Assembly (NCBI GenBank): GCA_963810095.1
Contig: CAWEMM010000011.1
Coordinates: 160,001-224,000 of the forward strand
Direction: 5' to 3'
Length of the DNA stretch: 64,000 bases
DNA from: an uncultured Chloroflexia bacterium
Lineage (GTDB): Bacteria; Chloroflexota; Anaerolineae; CG2-30-64-16
Shown here: in pieces, positions 48,411-58,359 of the stretch
How the letters are laid out: the number at the start of each line of letters is the position of its first letter
How positions within the stretch are numbered: position 1 is the stretch's first letter
Notes under the pieces: model-generated
The model's database searches: none
Told to the model about the DNA's origin: nothing
The model's input: the letters and a program-made list of their open reading frames with translations, nothing else
Made by a program: the position numbers and the translations under genes

Positions 48411-51400
48411 TCACGCGGCTGCTCCGACCATGCCGACGGGAGCATTCACCTGCTCACCCGACAGCAAGCCGGCGATTTCCTGCAGCATCTCGAGCGTCCC
48501 CACCTTGGAGCCAAACTCGCGCAGGGCGTCGTCCCATGTCGTATCGGTCTCCCCTACTTTGACGAGCAGCTCGCCGAAGAAGCCCACGAATTGGGGGCTC
48601 TTCTGCATCAGCCACGGCACGGCCGCGATGCCGCTGCCGGCCCACAGGCGGCTGAGCGGATACAGGTGAAAACCCTCGCGCACCGAGCGCACCAGGGAAC
48701 GCACCCGGCTGCCCTGCTCCGGATCGTTGGCCGACGTGTCGTCCAGCAGACCGTCGAGGAATTGGTCCACCTGTCCGGGATAGAAGCTCCGCGCGAGACG
48801 CAAGAAATCAACCAGCCGGACGCGCACCTGTTCGTCCTCGTAGCTCGCCCACCCGGCTATCGTGCCGAGCATCGGCGCGATGTTCGTGTACTGCGTAGCC
48901 GAGGCGATACATAGCCCGTCGACCAGGCAATCGATGATCCGCAAGATGCGGTGCGTCTGGCCCGCCTCGCCGCCTTCCCATGGCAACGCCAGGATCTTCT
49001 GAATGAAGTCAGAGGAACCACCCGTCTTGGTGCGGCACTCGTGGATCACGGGGAACTGCAGGTAGCCGACCGGAAACTCGGTCATCTTCGGTTTCTCGCC
49101 GGCGTTCCCTCGCACGGGGTACACGTACGTTGCTTCGCGGCCCGTCCACAGCTCGGTCAACATCTCTTCGACGAACGCGATATACTCCCCGCCGAGTTCC
49201 TCCATGTACGCGATCAGCGCCGCGATGCGCAGCGCCAGGTTCTTCGAGTACACGTTGCCCTCGTAGAACAGCCGCTTGCAGAAGCGCCAGGTATCGGCAC
49301 GCTCCGGTTCCTTCGCACGGGCATAGAAGATCATCGCGATGAAAAACATGGGGGTGCCAATCGGCTCCTGAGCGACATTGAACATGCGGTCCATAAGCTC
49401 GGGAGGGATCGGCTTCTTGGGATTGAGATAGCGGGCCATCGCTGCGATGGATGCCCGGTACTCGTGACCTACTCCATAGTCGAACACGCAGCTCAGCAAG
49501 TTGGCATTGTAGATCGCCGCGTTGTTCACGCCCTCGGCGATGAACGAATGCCCCCACCGGCTCAGCGCGAAGCGAATGCCCACAGACAGCAGGCCCTGGG
49601 AGATCAGCTGCGCAAACTGGGCCCACAGCCGGCCAACTCTGTATACGCGGTCGCCGCCCATGTACGCATAGCCCACCATCAGCACGGCGAGGTTAAGGAA
49701 CTGCTGAAGGCCCTTGATGATCTCGGATGCCCGATGGCTCCCGACGAAGTTCTTGAATGCCGAGGGCACCAGCGAACGGAACTGCCGGTCGATGTCGGCG
49801 TACAGACGCTCCAGAACCTGGCTGCCCTGCTCGGGTGCTCGCTGCCACAAATAGAACACGTACTGCGTCGAGAGTTGCCGAACCGCCTCGGATTTGTGCA
49901 TCAGGCCCGCGTGCAGCCCCTCGACCAAACCCACCTCATAGCACGTCTGCACCGCCACCCGGCCCGCGCCATCGCTGCTCATGTCGAGGAGAATATCGAC
50001 CACGAAGTCCCGCACCTTCTGCGGGTCGGTCATCGAATACTCGACCAGCATGTCGATCAGCATGGCCTGGACGCGTGAGTCGGTGCTCCGCGCCAACCTC
50101 TCCAACAGGGGCGTATCCCGCACCTCATGCTCGTCGAGATACATCTGCAGTGCGATTCGGACGGCGCCCCACAGCGACACGAACTCGGCCGATGCCCAAA
50201 TCTGTGCTGTGACGATTTCGGCGCTTTTGGAAGTCAATGGCTCGTGGCCAAGAATTTCGCGCTGGAGTAGATACTCGAAGACCCGATCATAGGTGAACTT
50301 GACCTTACACGGCTGCCGGTCCGCAGCGTCCTGCCGGCCAAACGCCGTCAACACGCCCTTGTCTCGCAGCTGCCAGTAGGGCGACGACAGGGTGGGATTC
50401 AACATTGCCTGCCGCAGCTCGGCATCCTCGCGCAAGTCGGTCTTGATGTCGAGCTCCTCGCGCTTGAGCTCGGTCATCTTCAGGAGGATGCGATCGAGAA
50501 ATGCCAGTTCCTCGCGGTCCTCATGCGACAGCGAATCGACGACATACCCGATCTTGGACTTGACGTAGTTCTCAAATACCTGGCGCGTCTTCGGCACACG
50601 CTTCAGCTCGCGCCCGCGAAAGCTGGTACAGACCAGGCGCATCATGAGCGGGTCGCGGATGAAGTTCTTCACGTTGTCGGGGAGTTCCTCGAAAGGTGTG
50701 ACGACCTCGTAGCGAACCTGGTACTTCTGGTAGACCTCGCGCAGCTCCCACAGCTCAAAACGTTGCAGCCTGATCGCTACCTCGCCAAGCGGCTGGAAGA
50801 AATACTGATCGCCGCGGAAGTTTGGCTTGAGGCGCCCCCAGGTTTCGCTCCGGCAGGTCGCTACAAGCTTGACCTTCAAGCCGGGGGAACCCGACAAGGC
50901 AAGCTCGCGAGCCAGCTCTACCAGCGAGTCCATCAGGCGGCCGGGCGCCTTCGCCTCGTTGACGGCGTCGAAAAGAAGGTACAACCACCTGGGCTGGTCG
51001 CTCTGATTCTCGGCCGCGAGCTGCTTGAAGCGCGTGAATACGCTGGTTTGGAGAAGCATCGACCGCTCGAGGATGCCGGTGACGTCTGGCGCTTCTTCGC
51101 GGATGTCGGCACAGTTGTACAGTAGGACGGCCTCACCCGCATCCTTAAGCGCGTCGGCTAGTGAACAGAGGAAGTTCGTCTTGCCCGTGCCCGAATCGCC
51201 CACGACGAAGAACCCGACCTGGCCAGACTGTAAATAGGGCTCCCAATGACGCATCACCGAGTCGCGCGGCACGTACACGCCCGGGTCGTACTTGTCCACG
51301 TAGAACACCTGCAGCTGATCCTGTGTGATCGAGCGACAGCGCGTCACCAAGGCCCGCCAGTCTTCGGGTTCCCGGCCCGTGCCCTTGGCGGTGTCGATCA

Positions 51401-52337
51401 GCCCCTTCAACTCGCCAACGTAGTCCTCGAGAGCGATGCGCAGCGAGCGGTGCGGCAGGTTCTTCGCGCGCTCGTCGTTGCGCAAGCCGACGTAGGTCAT
51501 CTCGTCGTGCGCAAACTGCTCATAGTAGAAGAAGTCGTCGCGAAAGTCCTTCTGGTCGGCGGGCCGTTTCTCGTGCACCGTGAACACCGCGAACGGAAGG
51601 AGCACGAGCTTCCCATCGGTCTTGAGGTTCCGCACGACCATCGTGCGACCCGGCTGGCACAGGAACGGTTGGGCCAGCAACTTCGTGGGCTCGGGCTTGA
51701 TTTCGGCCCCGCGCAGCACGTGGACGTCCCAATCGAACGCATCGCCATTCGGAGAGCAGTTGAAGACCTGGATCAACTCGTAATTCTTCAGCCACGACAA
51801 GGCGCTCAGCATTTCCAGCAAATGCTTGAGATTGTCGTCAAACTGCTGCACGAGGCGCGTCTCGTATTGCTCGAGACGCCCACCTTCCATCATGCCGCTG
51901 AAGATGCGGAGTTGGTCGACTGCCGACCACGCCCGGCTCGCCGAGCCGTCCTGGTCGAAAACGAAGCGAAACAGATCGGGGACGACCAGGCGGTCTTCGC
52001 GATGACGGCAGTGCCGCATAATATCGCGGATAAACGAAGTGCAGACCTTGATAGTGGGATGGTCGATGCTGTCCGCAATGAGCGCGTCCAGCTCGGCAGA
52101 CCGGAATCCGTAGGTCTCCACCAGCCGGCGGTACTCGCTGAGCGCAATGACCGCACAGTACCGAACGGCGAATTCGAAGGTCGAGACAAGCTGCTGGCAG
52201 CGCTCGAGTGGGTGCCCGGTCGGCATGTCCTGCAGTTGGCCGACCTCATAGCCGATGGGCAAGGGAAAATCGGTTACCTTGATCTCGCGTAGGCTCGCGT
52301 AAGCGGGTCTGAGCGACTCCTCAGAATGCACAGCCAC
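48411..52337 (-). CDS. Large STAND-class (NACHT/Avs-like) P-loop NTPase, about 1310 aa, with an unknown N-terminal domain and a helical-repeat C-terminus
   Basis: Walker A GDSGTGKTN, Walker B LYLLFDAVNE, sensor VATCRSETW, RDPLMMRL (GxP-equivalent) and winged helix (LRDKGVL...FTYDRVFEYL), then about 550 aa of HEAT/ARM-like helices. GTG at 52337 has GGAGG; the ORF track starts at 52349. Confidence 0.8.
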   Translation of the reverse strand: MAVHSEESLRPAYASLREIKVTDFPLPIGYEVGQLQDMPTGHPLERCQQLVSTFEFAVRYCAVIALSEYRRLVETYGFRSAELDALIADSIDHPTIKVCTSFIRDIMRHCRHREDRLVVPDLFRFVFDQDGSASRAWSAVDQLRIFSGMMEGGRLEQYETRLVQQFDDNLKHLLEMLSALSWLKNYELIQVFNCSPNGDAFDWDVHVLRGAEIKPEPTKLLAQPFLCQPGRTMVVRNLKTDGKLVLLPFAVFTVHEKRPADQKDFRDDFFYYEQFAHDEMTYVGLRNDERAKNLPHRSLRIALEDYVGELKGLIDTAKGTGREPEDWRALVTRCRSITQDQLQVFYVDKYDPGVYVPRDSVMRHWEPYLQSGQVGFFVVGDSGTGKTNFLCSLADALKDAGEAVLLYNCADIREEAPDVTGILERSMLLQTSVFTRFKQLAAENQSDQPRWLYLLFDAVNEAKAPGRLMDSLVELARELALSGSPGLKVKLVATCRSETWGRLKPNFRGDQYFFQPLGEVAIRLQRFELWELREVYQKYQVRYEVVTPFEELPDNVKNFIRDPLMMRLVCTSFRGRELKRVPKTRQVFENYVKSKIGYVVDSLSHEDREELAFLDRILLKMTELKREELDIKTDLREDAELRQAMLNPTLSSPYWQLRDKGVLTAFGRQDAADRQPCKVKFTYDRVFEYLLQREILGHEPLTSKSAEIVTAQIWASAEFVSLWGAVRIALQMYLDEHEVRDTPLLERLARSTDSRVQAMLIDMLVEYSMTDPQKVRDFVVDILLDMSSDGAGRVAVQTCYEVGLVEGLHAGLMHKSEAVRQLSTQYVFYLWQRAPEQGSQVLERLYADIDRQFRSLVPSAFKNFVGSHRASEIIKGLQQFLNLAVLMVGYAYMGGDRVYRVGRLWAQFAQLISQGLLSVGIRFALSRWGHSFIAEGVNNAAIYNANLLSCVFDYGVGHEYRASIAAMARYLNPKKPIPPELMDRMFNVAQEPIGTPMFFIAMIFYARAKEPERADTWRFCKRLFYEGNVYSKNLALRIAALIAYMEELGGEYIAFVEEMLTELWTGREATYVYPVRGNAGEKPKMTEFPVGYLQFPVIHECRTKTGGSSDFIQKILALPWEGGEAGQTHRILRIIDCLVDGLCIASATQYTNIAPMLGTIAGWASYEDEQVRVRLVDFLRLARSFYPGQVDQFLDGLLDDTSANDPEQGSRVRSLVRSVREGFHLYPLSRLWAGSGIAAVPWLMQKSPQFVGFFGELLVKVGETDTTWDDALREFGSKVGTLEMLQEIAGLLSGEQVNAPVGMVGAAA

Positions 52338-52365
52338 GTGTTCCTCCAACAGTTGCCGCCGGCGT

Positions 52366-53569
52366 CTAGCGACCCCCTATCCGGCGACCGAGCGTATTGA
52401 CAAACACGGCAAACGTCACCAGCCCCAGAAGCGATTCCGCAACGGACAGCGTCTTCGCCCAGGTGCTGAGCGCCGCCAGGTCGGCAAAGCCGATGGTGAC
52501 AAAGGATGCCACGCTGTACAGCAGGGCATCGGTGAATGAAAGAGCGGTCCGGCCAAAGGCGGCGCCGCCGGCAGCGTAATAGAGCCAGGCGAACAGCGAA
52601 GACCACCGCGACGGCAATCACCAGCGAGTTAATCACCCGTTCGCCGTAGCCCCAGGGTGCGCCAATCAGTGCGCTGGACAAAAAGCGTGAGAAATAGCGC
52701 ACTCTGAACCAGCCTGTGGCCGCGGCATCGAGCGCCCGATCCAGCCATTCTGGCACGTCCCGGGCGTACGCCCGCCTTCTCCTGCGGGTGATCCGGTTCC
52801 AAACCCGGTGGACACGCTCGCGAAGACGGAGTTGGGAGGACCGCAGCTCGGGCTCGTAGATCGCGACGCAGTAGCGCGGTGCATAGCAGTAACGCTCCAT
52901 CGTGCGCTCTTGTACGTAGGCCCAGGAAGCATCGTCATAGGCGCCCAACGAGAGGAAGTTGTTCTTCAGGTTGAGGTAGACCGCACACGCCTCGAGAAAG
53001 TCGCGATCCTTTTCCTGCCGAATCCCGGTTCCAAGCGAACGGCGGTCGATCCGCGTGCGATACAGGTTGGCCTTGCTAAAGTCGACCCCGTCGAGCTGCG
53101 CGCCTGACAGATTGGCGCCCTCGAGATTGGCGTTCTGGAAGTCGGCTCTGGTAAGATCGGAGCCTTGGAACTGCGCCTTTGTAAGCTCACAATCAATAAA
53201 CACGCTGTCTGGAAGGACTGCGTAGTTAAGCTGCGCGCCTGTCAGGTCGCAGTGCAAAAAGGAGGTGCTGTCCGCTCGCGCCCGGTCGAGCACAATGCCC
53301 GGCGCGTCCACGTCGACCAGGTCGATCACGGGAAAGCGGCAATTGACGAGCGACCATTTGGCAGGCAGCGGGTTCGCCCGAAGGGCTTCAATCGTCCAGT
53401 CCTCCAGGCTCAGCCGCACGCCACTGGCCGCCAGATCCTCCACCGCGCTGCCGCTCAGCACTTGCTGGTCCTCGCGCAAGAGATCGACCAGGTCGCCGTC
53501 CTTCAGCACCGGTCCCGACTTGCGAACCTGTTCCTGCAACAGCCGGCCGTCGATATGCTCACGCGCCAC
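52366..53569 (-). CDS. Pentapeptide-repeat protein fused to a 2TM/pore-loop (K+ channel-like) domain; frameshift about 52597
   Basis: A(D/N)Lxx repeats (CDLTGAQLN, SDLTRADFQNANLEGANLSGAQLDGVDFSKANL), helical Y..LKNNF...G.YDDAS, WGYGER, a TM segment, pore helix LLYSVASFVTIGFAD and TM ESLLG. GTG start with an AAGGAGG RBS. Confidence 0.8.
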
Positions 53570-53608
53570 CTGCAACCTCCTTCACTCGCCGACAACCTTC
53601 ATCTCGCG

Positions 53609-54685
53609 TTACAGCCCGATCGTGGCCAGGAGCCGCACCGCCGGTGGCTCAACCTGCCGCAGTTCCACGCGGTCGTCGAACACGACGGCGAAGGAGTTCA
53701 ACCCTTGCACCCCCGTGCCCATCTCGTCAACCCAGCTGCCGATACTCAGCAGCGACATATCGCTCTCGTCGCCGGCAAGCCACAGCTCGCTGTGGTGGAT
53801 ATGGCCGAAGACAAACAGGATGCGATCTATGGGCTCGTCTGGGCTCACAGTAAACTTCACGCCGCCTGCCCGCGCGATCTTTCGGGCGTCCTTGGCGTAG
53901 CACTCGATTGAACGAGCAGGCATATCGGGGAGCCAGGACACCGGCTTGGGCAGCGGTGCGCCGGCCCGGATCAGTGCCCGCGGCAAAGGCGTTCCCGCAA
54001 TCTCGCGACGCCACCGCTCGGAACGAAGGTGGATGCGGTCACGTTCGGCGCGATCCATCTCCCGCCGCCGGAAAGAGTCGAATACGTACGTCCAGGGTCG
54101 CTCCATTTCGGGAATGCCCCAGCGGTTGCATGGCGAACGGTGGCGCGTCAGGTGTGCCAGTTGCGGCGAAAAAGGCAGGTAACCGAGGTAGTGGCCGTGA
54201 TGCAAGATGAGGCGTTGGGGACCGATGGTGCGGGTTGTCAGGGGGTAAAACCAACTCGACCGTGTGCGTGCTTCAGGGGGGATGAGCGGCGCGATGAACT
54301 CCTCGAACAGAAATGCGGGATCACACGTCTCGTTGGCCGCATCGTCCGGCCGGTGGCTGTCCAGGTACTCATAGTAGAAGAGCAAGGGGTGGTCGTGATT
54401 GCCGAAACTGAAGCTGATGCGCTCGATGGGCAGCCGCGCAATCGCCTCCAGGAACGGCGCGGCCGCATCTGCGACGCGCCCCCACGGGAAGCGCCAGATC
54501 TCGAACACATCGCCAAGCAGAACCAATTCCTGGATATGGCCCAGATCTGCGAGGAAGTCCAGGAGTGCCGGCAGACTCGACGTGAAGCCTGTGTGTCCAT
54601 TCGAACCACGCTTGCCCGGCGCGGTCAGCGTGCAGTAACGCTCGCCGAAATGAAGGTCCGACAAGACAACGACGCAGTTGGCCAT
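53609..54685 (-). CDS. Calcineurin-like metallophosphoesterase
   Basis: All five motifs are present: SDLHFG, LGDVFEIW, GNHDH, HHGH and FGHIH, with a C-terminal SIGSW. Confidence 0.85.
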   Translation of the reverse strand: MANCVVVLSDLHFGERYCTLTAPGKRGSNGHTGFTSSLPALLDFLADLGHIQELVLLGDVFEIWRFPWGRVADAAAPFLEAIARLPIERISFSFGNHDHPLLFYYEYLDSHRPDDAANETCDPAFLFEEFIAPLIPPEARTRSSWFYPLTTRTIGPQRLILHHGHYLGYLPFSPQLAHLTRHRSPCNRWGIPEMERPWTYVFDSFRRREMDRAERDRIHLRSERWRREIAGTPLPRALIRAGAPLPKPVSWLPDMPARSIECYAKDARKIARAGGVKFTVSPDEPIDRILFVFGHIHHSELWLAGDESDMSLLSIGSWVDEMGTGVQGLNSFAVVFDDRVELRQVEPPAVRLLATIGL

Positions 54686-54800
54686 CGATCGTCCATCCCG
54701 TGGCTTTCGAGTCGCCCGACAGAATCTGAAAAGCAGGAGAAAAAGAGGCGTCAGCCGGAGTGATATCAGCGGCTACGACCTAGGACGGCACGATGTTACC

Positions 54801-55667
54801 CTAGCCGGCTGGTTTCTGCAAATGACCCGCACGGCGAGCCAGGCTGATCCACTCGTCCAGCCCGACCGTTTCCGCCCGGCGGGTTGGCGCAATGCCCGCC
54901 CCTTCCAACAACCGCTCGACGTCCGCCGGCGCCGTGCGCAGCCCCGCGGCCAGCGAATTCCGCAGTTGCTTGCGCGGCTGGCCGAACCCTGCACGGGCCA
55001 GCGCGAAAAATGCCGCGGCCGGCACGTCCTCGGCCAGCGGCGCAGGGCGGCGCTCCAGGCGGACGACGGCCGACTCGACCTTCGGCACGGGGTAGAACGC
55101 ACCGGCAGGAATCCGCCCGACGATCTTGCCCGTGCAGTAGAACTGCACGCCGAGCGCCAGCAGGCTCATGTCGGGCGGGCGCGCCACCATCCGCTCGGCA
55201 ACCTCGCGCTGCACCGTCAGGACGAGCAGGTCGGGAGGCAGCGCGGACTCGAGCAGATGGCGGATTACCGCGGAAGTGATGTAGTACGGCAGGTTGGCGA
55301 CGACCTTATAAGGACCGCCGGCCAGTTCGCCCGGGTCGGTTTCCAGAATGTCGGCATGGACGATGGACACGTGTGGCTGCCCGGCGAAACGCGACGCAAG
55401 AAACGGGACCAGGCGGTCGTCAAGCTCCACGGCCACCACACGGCCCGCCTGCTCCGCGATCAATTGGGTCAGTACGCCCGGTCCTGGCCCCACTTCCAGC
55501 ACGGTGTCTGTCGGGACAAGCTCGGCCGCGTCGACGATGCGCGCGCGGTGCGCCGGGTCGACGAGGAAGTTTTGGCCCAGGCCCTTCTTTGGGCGAATGC
55601 CGAGGGCGGCTAGTTCGTTAAGCAGTGGAGTTCCTTCGCTTTCGCCATGTGGCCGAATCCGACGCAC
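54801..55667 (-). CDS. rsmA: 16S rRNA (adenine-N6)-dimethyltransferase RsmA/KsgA
   Basis: PKKGLGQNFL, VLEVGPGPG, VANLPYYITS, VQREVAER, FYPVPKVESAV, RKQLRNSL and RRAET. Start position uncertain. Confidence 0.95.
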   Translation of the reverse strand: MRRIRPHGESEGTPLLNELAALGIRPKKGLGQNFLVDPAHRARIVDAAELVPTDTVLEVGPGPGVLTQLIAEQAGRVVAVELDDRLVPFLASRFAGQPHVSIVHADILETDPGELAGGPYKVVANLPYYITSAVIRHLLESALPPDLLVLTVQREVAERMVARPPDMSLLALGVQFYCTGKIVGRIPAGAFYPVPKVESAVVRLERRPAPLAEDVPAAAFFALARAGFGQPRKQLRNSLAAGLRTAPADVERLLEGAGIAPTRRAETVGLDEWISLARRAGHLQKPAG

Positions 55668-55718
55668 CCTGGAGCCGGCCGGGCAATTCGCCTAATTCCT
55701 ACAATTCGTGGCTCCCGC

Positions 55719-57521
55719 TCAGTCTTCGTCCAACTTCAGGATCGTCATGAACGCTTCCTGCGGGATTTCGACGTTGCCGATCATCTTCATGCGCTTCTTG
55801 CCGGCCTTCTGCTTCTCCAGCAGCTTGCGCTTACGCGAAATGTCGCCGCCGTAGCACTTCGCGAGCACGTCCTTGCGCACCGCCTTGACGTTCGCACGCG
55901 AAACGATCTTGTTCCCCACCGCGGCCTGGATCGGCACGTCGAACTGCTGCCGGGGGATCACGTCCTTCAGCTTACTGACGAGCTTCATCCCCTTCGTGTA
56001 CACCTGGTCCCGGTGGACGATCATGCTGAGCGCGTCCACCGCGTCCTTGTTGACCAGCACGTCGAGCCGTACCATGTCGGCAGCCCGGTAGCCCTCCATG
56101 TGATAATCGAGGCTGGCATAGCCGCGGGTGCGCGCCTTCAGGTCGTTGTAGAAGTCGGTCAGGATTTCGATCAGCGGGATGTGGTAGCTGAGGAGGACGC
56201 GGCGCTGATCCAGGTACTCCTGCGCCTTGAACTCGCCGCGGCGCGATGTCACCAGGTCCATCACCTGCCCGATGAACTCGGTCGGCGTGAACACGTCGAT
56301 CTGGACCCAGGGCTCGCGGATCTCGGTGATCTCCGTGGGGTCGGGCAGCTCCACCGGGCTGTCGATGACCACTTCCGAGCCATCCGTCTTGGTGACTTCA
56401 TACTCGACGCTGGGCGCGGTGAAAACCAGGTCCAGGTCGTATTCACGCTCCAGCCGCTCCTGGATGATCTCCATGTGGAACAGGCCCAGGAACCCGCAGC
56501 GGAAACCGTAGCCGAGCGCAGTGCTGGTCTCGGGCTGGTAGGTGAGGGACGCGTCGTTAAGCTGCAGTTTCGAGAGGGCGTCGCGCAGGTTGAGATAGTC
56601 GGCCGCGTCCGAGGGGTAAACCGATGCGAAGACCATCGACTTCATCGGCGTGTACCCGTGCAGAGGCGCAGCGGCGGGGTTGACGTTCGAAGTCAGCGTG
56701 TCGCCCACCCGCACTTCCGCGACGTTCTTCAGTCCGGTCGCCAGGTAGCCCACCTCGCCTGCTTCCAGCCGTCCGCTCGAGCGCATGTCGGGCCGGAAAA
56801 TCCCGACCTCCAGCGGCTCAAGCGTCATCCCGGACGACATGAGCCGGAGCGCTTGGCCCGCCTGCATGCTCCCATCGACCACACGCACGTACGCTACCGC
56901 GCCCTTGTAGGCGTCATAGTGGCTGTCGAAGATCAACGCACGCAGCGGCTGGTCGTGCTGGCCGCGGGGTGGCGGCACCTGGTGTACCACGGCTTCGAGA
57001 ACCGCCTTGACGTTTGTGCCGTCCTTGGCCGAGATCTTAAGCACGGAGCCCGCGGGCGTGCCCAGGATTTCCTCGATCTCCTCCGCGACCGCCTGTGGCT
57101 GCGCGGAGACGAGGTCGATCTTGTTTACGACCGGGATGATCTCGAGGTCGTTCTCCATGGCAAGATACAGGTTTGCCAGCGTCTGGGCCTCGACACCCTG
57201 GGACGCATCGACGATGAGCAGCGCCCCTTCACAGGCTTGCAGCGCTCTGCTGACCTCGTATGCGAAGTCTACGTGGCCGGGCGTGTCGATGAGGTTGAGC
57301 TCATAGGTCTGCCCATCGTTGGCCTGGTAGCTCATGCGCACCGCGGAGGCCTTGATGGTCACGCCCTTCTCGCGCTCCAGGTCCATGGTGTCGAGCACCT
57401 GGGCCATCATATCGCGGTCGGAGATCGTCCCCGTGATCTGGAGTAACCGGTCGGCCAGCGTGGATTTGCCGTGATCGATGTGCGCAATGATGCAGAAGTT
57501 GCGAATGAGTTGTTGGTCCAT
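55719..57521 (-). CDS. lepA: Elongation factor 4 (LepA)
   Basis: [41 protein letters not shown] and [23 protein letters not shown]. Confidence 0.98.
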   Translation of the reverse strand: MDQQLIRNFCIIAHIDHGKSTLADRLLQITGTISDRDMMAQVLDTMDLEREKGVTIKASAVRMSYQANDGQTYELNLIDTPGHVDFAYEVSRALQACEGALLIVDASQGVEAQTLANLYLAMENDLEIIPVVNKIDLVSAQPQAVAEEIEEILGTPAGSVLKISAKDGTNVKAVLEAVVHQVPPPRGQHDQPLRALIFDSHYDAYKGAVAYVRVVDGSMQAGQALRLMSSGMTLEPLEVGIFRPDMRSSGRLEAGEVGYLATGLKNVAEVRVGDTLTSNVNPAAAPLHGYTPMKSMVFASVYPSDAADYLNLRDALSKLQLNDASLTYQPETSTALGYGFRCGFLGLFHMEIIQERLEREYDLDLVFTAPSVEYEVTKTDGSEVVIDSPVELPDPTEITEIREPWVQIDVFTPTEFIGQVMDLVTSRRGEFKAQEYLDQRRVLLSYHIPLIEILTDFYNDLKARTRGYASLDYHMEGYRAADMVRLDVLVNKDAVDALSMIVHRDQVYTKGMKLVSKLKDVIPRQQFDVPIQAAVGNKIVSRANVKAVRKDVLAKCYGGDISRKRKLLEKQKAGKKRMKMIGNVEIPQEAFMTILKLDED

Positions 57522-57658
57522 CGTCCTCTTCTCTTGGTCCAGTGCGCCCAATTATAACACGCCTAACAAAAAAGCTTCCGGGGTCGCCTGACTGCATCAG
57601 GGCGCCGACCTCGGAAGCTCCGCGCTGGCTTCTAAGCAGCGCGCCGGCCGTTCTGGAT

Positions 57659-58324
57659 TTACAGGCTGCGCTCCAACCCGTCGCGGCTGAGCACGGTGAT
57701 GCGCGCCCGGCCGAGCCGAATAAGCCCGTCGGCCTGCAGACCGGCGAGGCAGCGGGCAACTACTTCGCGCGTCGTTCCGACCTCGGCCGCCAGGTCGGCC
57801 TGGGTGAGGCGCACTAGGTCGCCGTCTTTCTCGGTGTTGTCGAGGAGCGCAAGTACGACCCGTTCCCCAACCTTGTTGAACGACAACTGCGTGACCAGGC
57901 CGCTCAGATGGGCCATGCAGCTGGCCGCGCTGTGCCATGCGGCCCGGCACAAAACCCGGTCCTCATGTATCAGGTCTTCAAAATCGGTCCGCTTCAGCAC
58001 CAGGACTTCCCCGCTGTCGAGACCGTGAACTTCCGCCAGGGCACGCGGACCAAAGGTAAGCATGCAAATGCCGCCGCAAGAGCCGGATGTCGGATCACAA
58101 AAGATCTGACGCCGCCCGCGGACGGTGGCCTTGCCCATCTGCAAGGTGCCATTCAGCGGAAAAAGGACCACGCCCGCCGGCTCCCCATCCGAGAACAGGA
58201 TCGTGTTCTCCTGGAACCGCTCGATGCGCCCTTTGTCGAGGAGCGCCGCCCGGGTGGTGGCTGCGCAGTCTCGAAGGACCGGATTGCCAGTTTCAATGAC
58301 GACCATGTCGCTTTGATGCGGCAT
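57659..58324 (-). CDS. Crp/Fnr-family transcriptional regulator
   Basis: cNMP-binding-like beta barrel (ILFSDGEP...G.LQM) plus HTH LTQADLAAEVGTTREVVARCL. GGAGGAGG RBS. Confidence 0.9.
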   Translation of the reverse strand: MPHQSDMVVIETGNPVLRDCAATTRAALLDKGRIERFQENTILFSDGEPAGVVLFPLNGTLQMGKATVRGRRQIFCDPTSGSCGGICMLTFGPRALAEVHGLDSGEVLVLKRTDFEDLIHEDRVLCRAAWHSAASCMAHLSGLVTQLSFNKVGERVVLALLDNTEKDGDLVRLTQADLAAEVGTTREVVARCLAGLQADGLIRLGRARITVLSRDGLERSL

Positions 58325-58359
58325 AAGACCTCCTCCATAGGGCCGCTCTGCCCCAGCTT

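Noticed and set aside
53609-54685. Metallophosphoesterase as housekeeping LpxH (lipid A synthesis)
   Set aside because: It shares the fold motifs, but is longer, has GNHD rather than the LpxH GNRD, has no lpx context, and is operonic with a STAND NTPase in a probable monoderm lineage.
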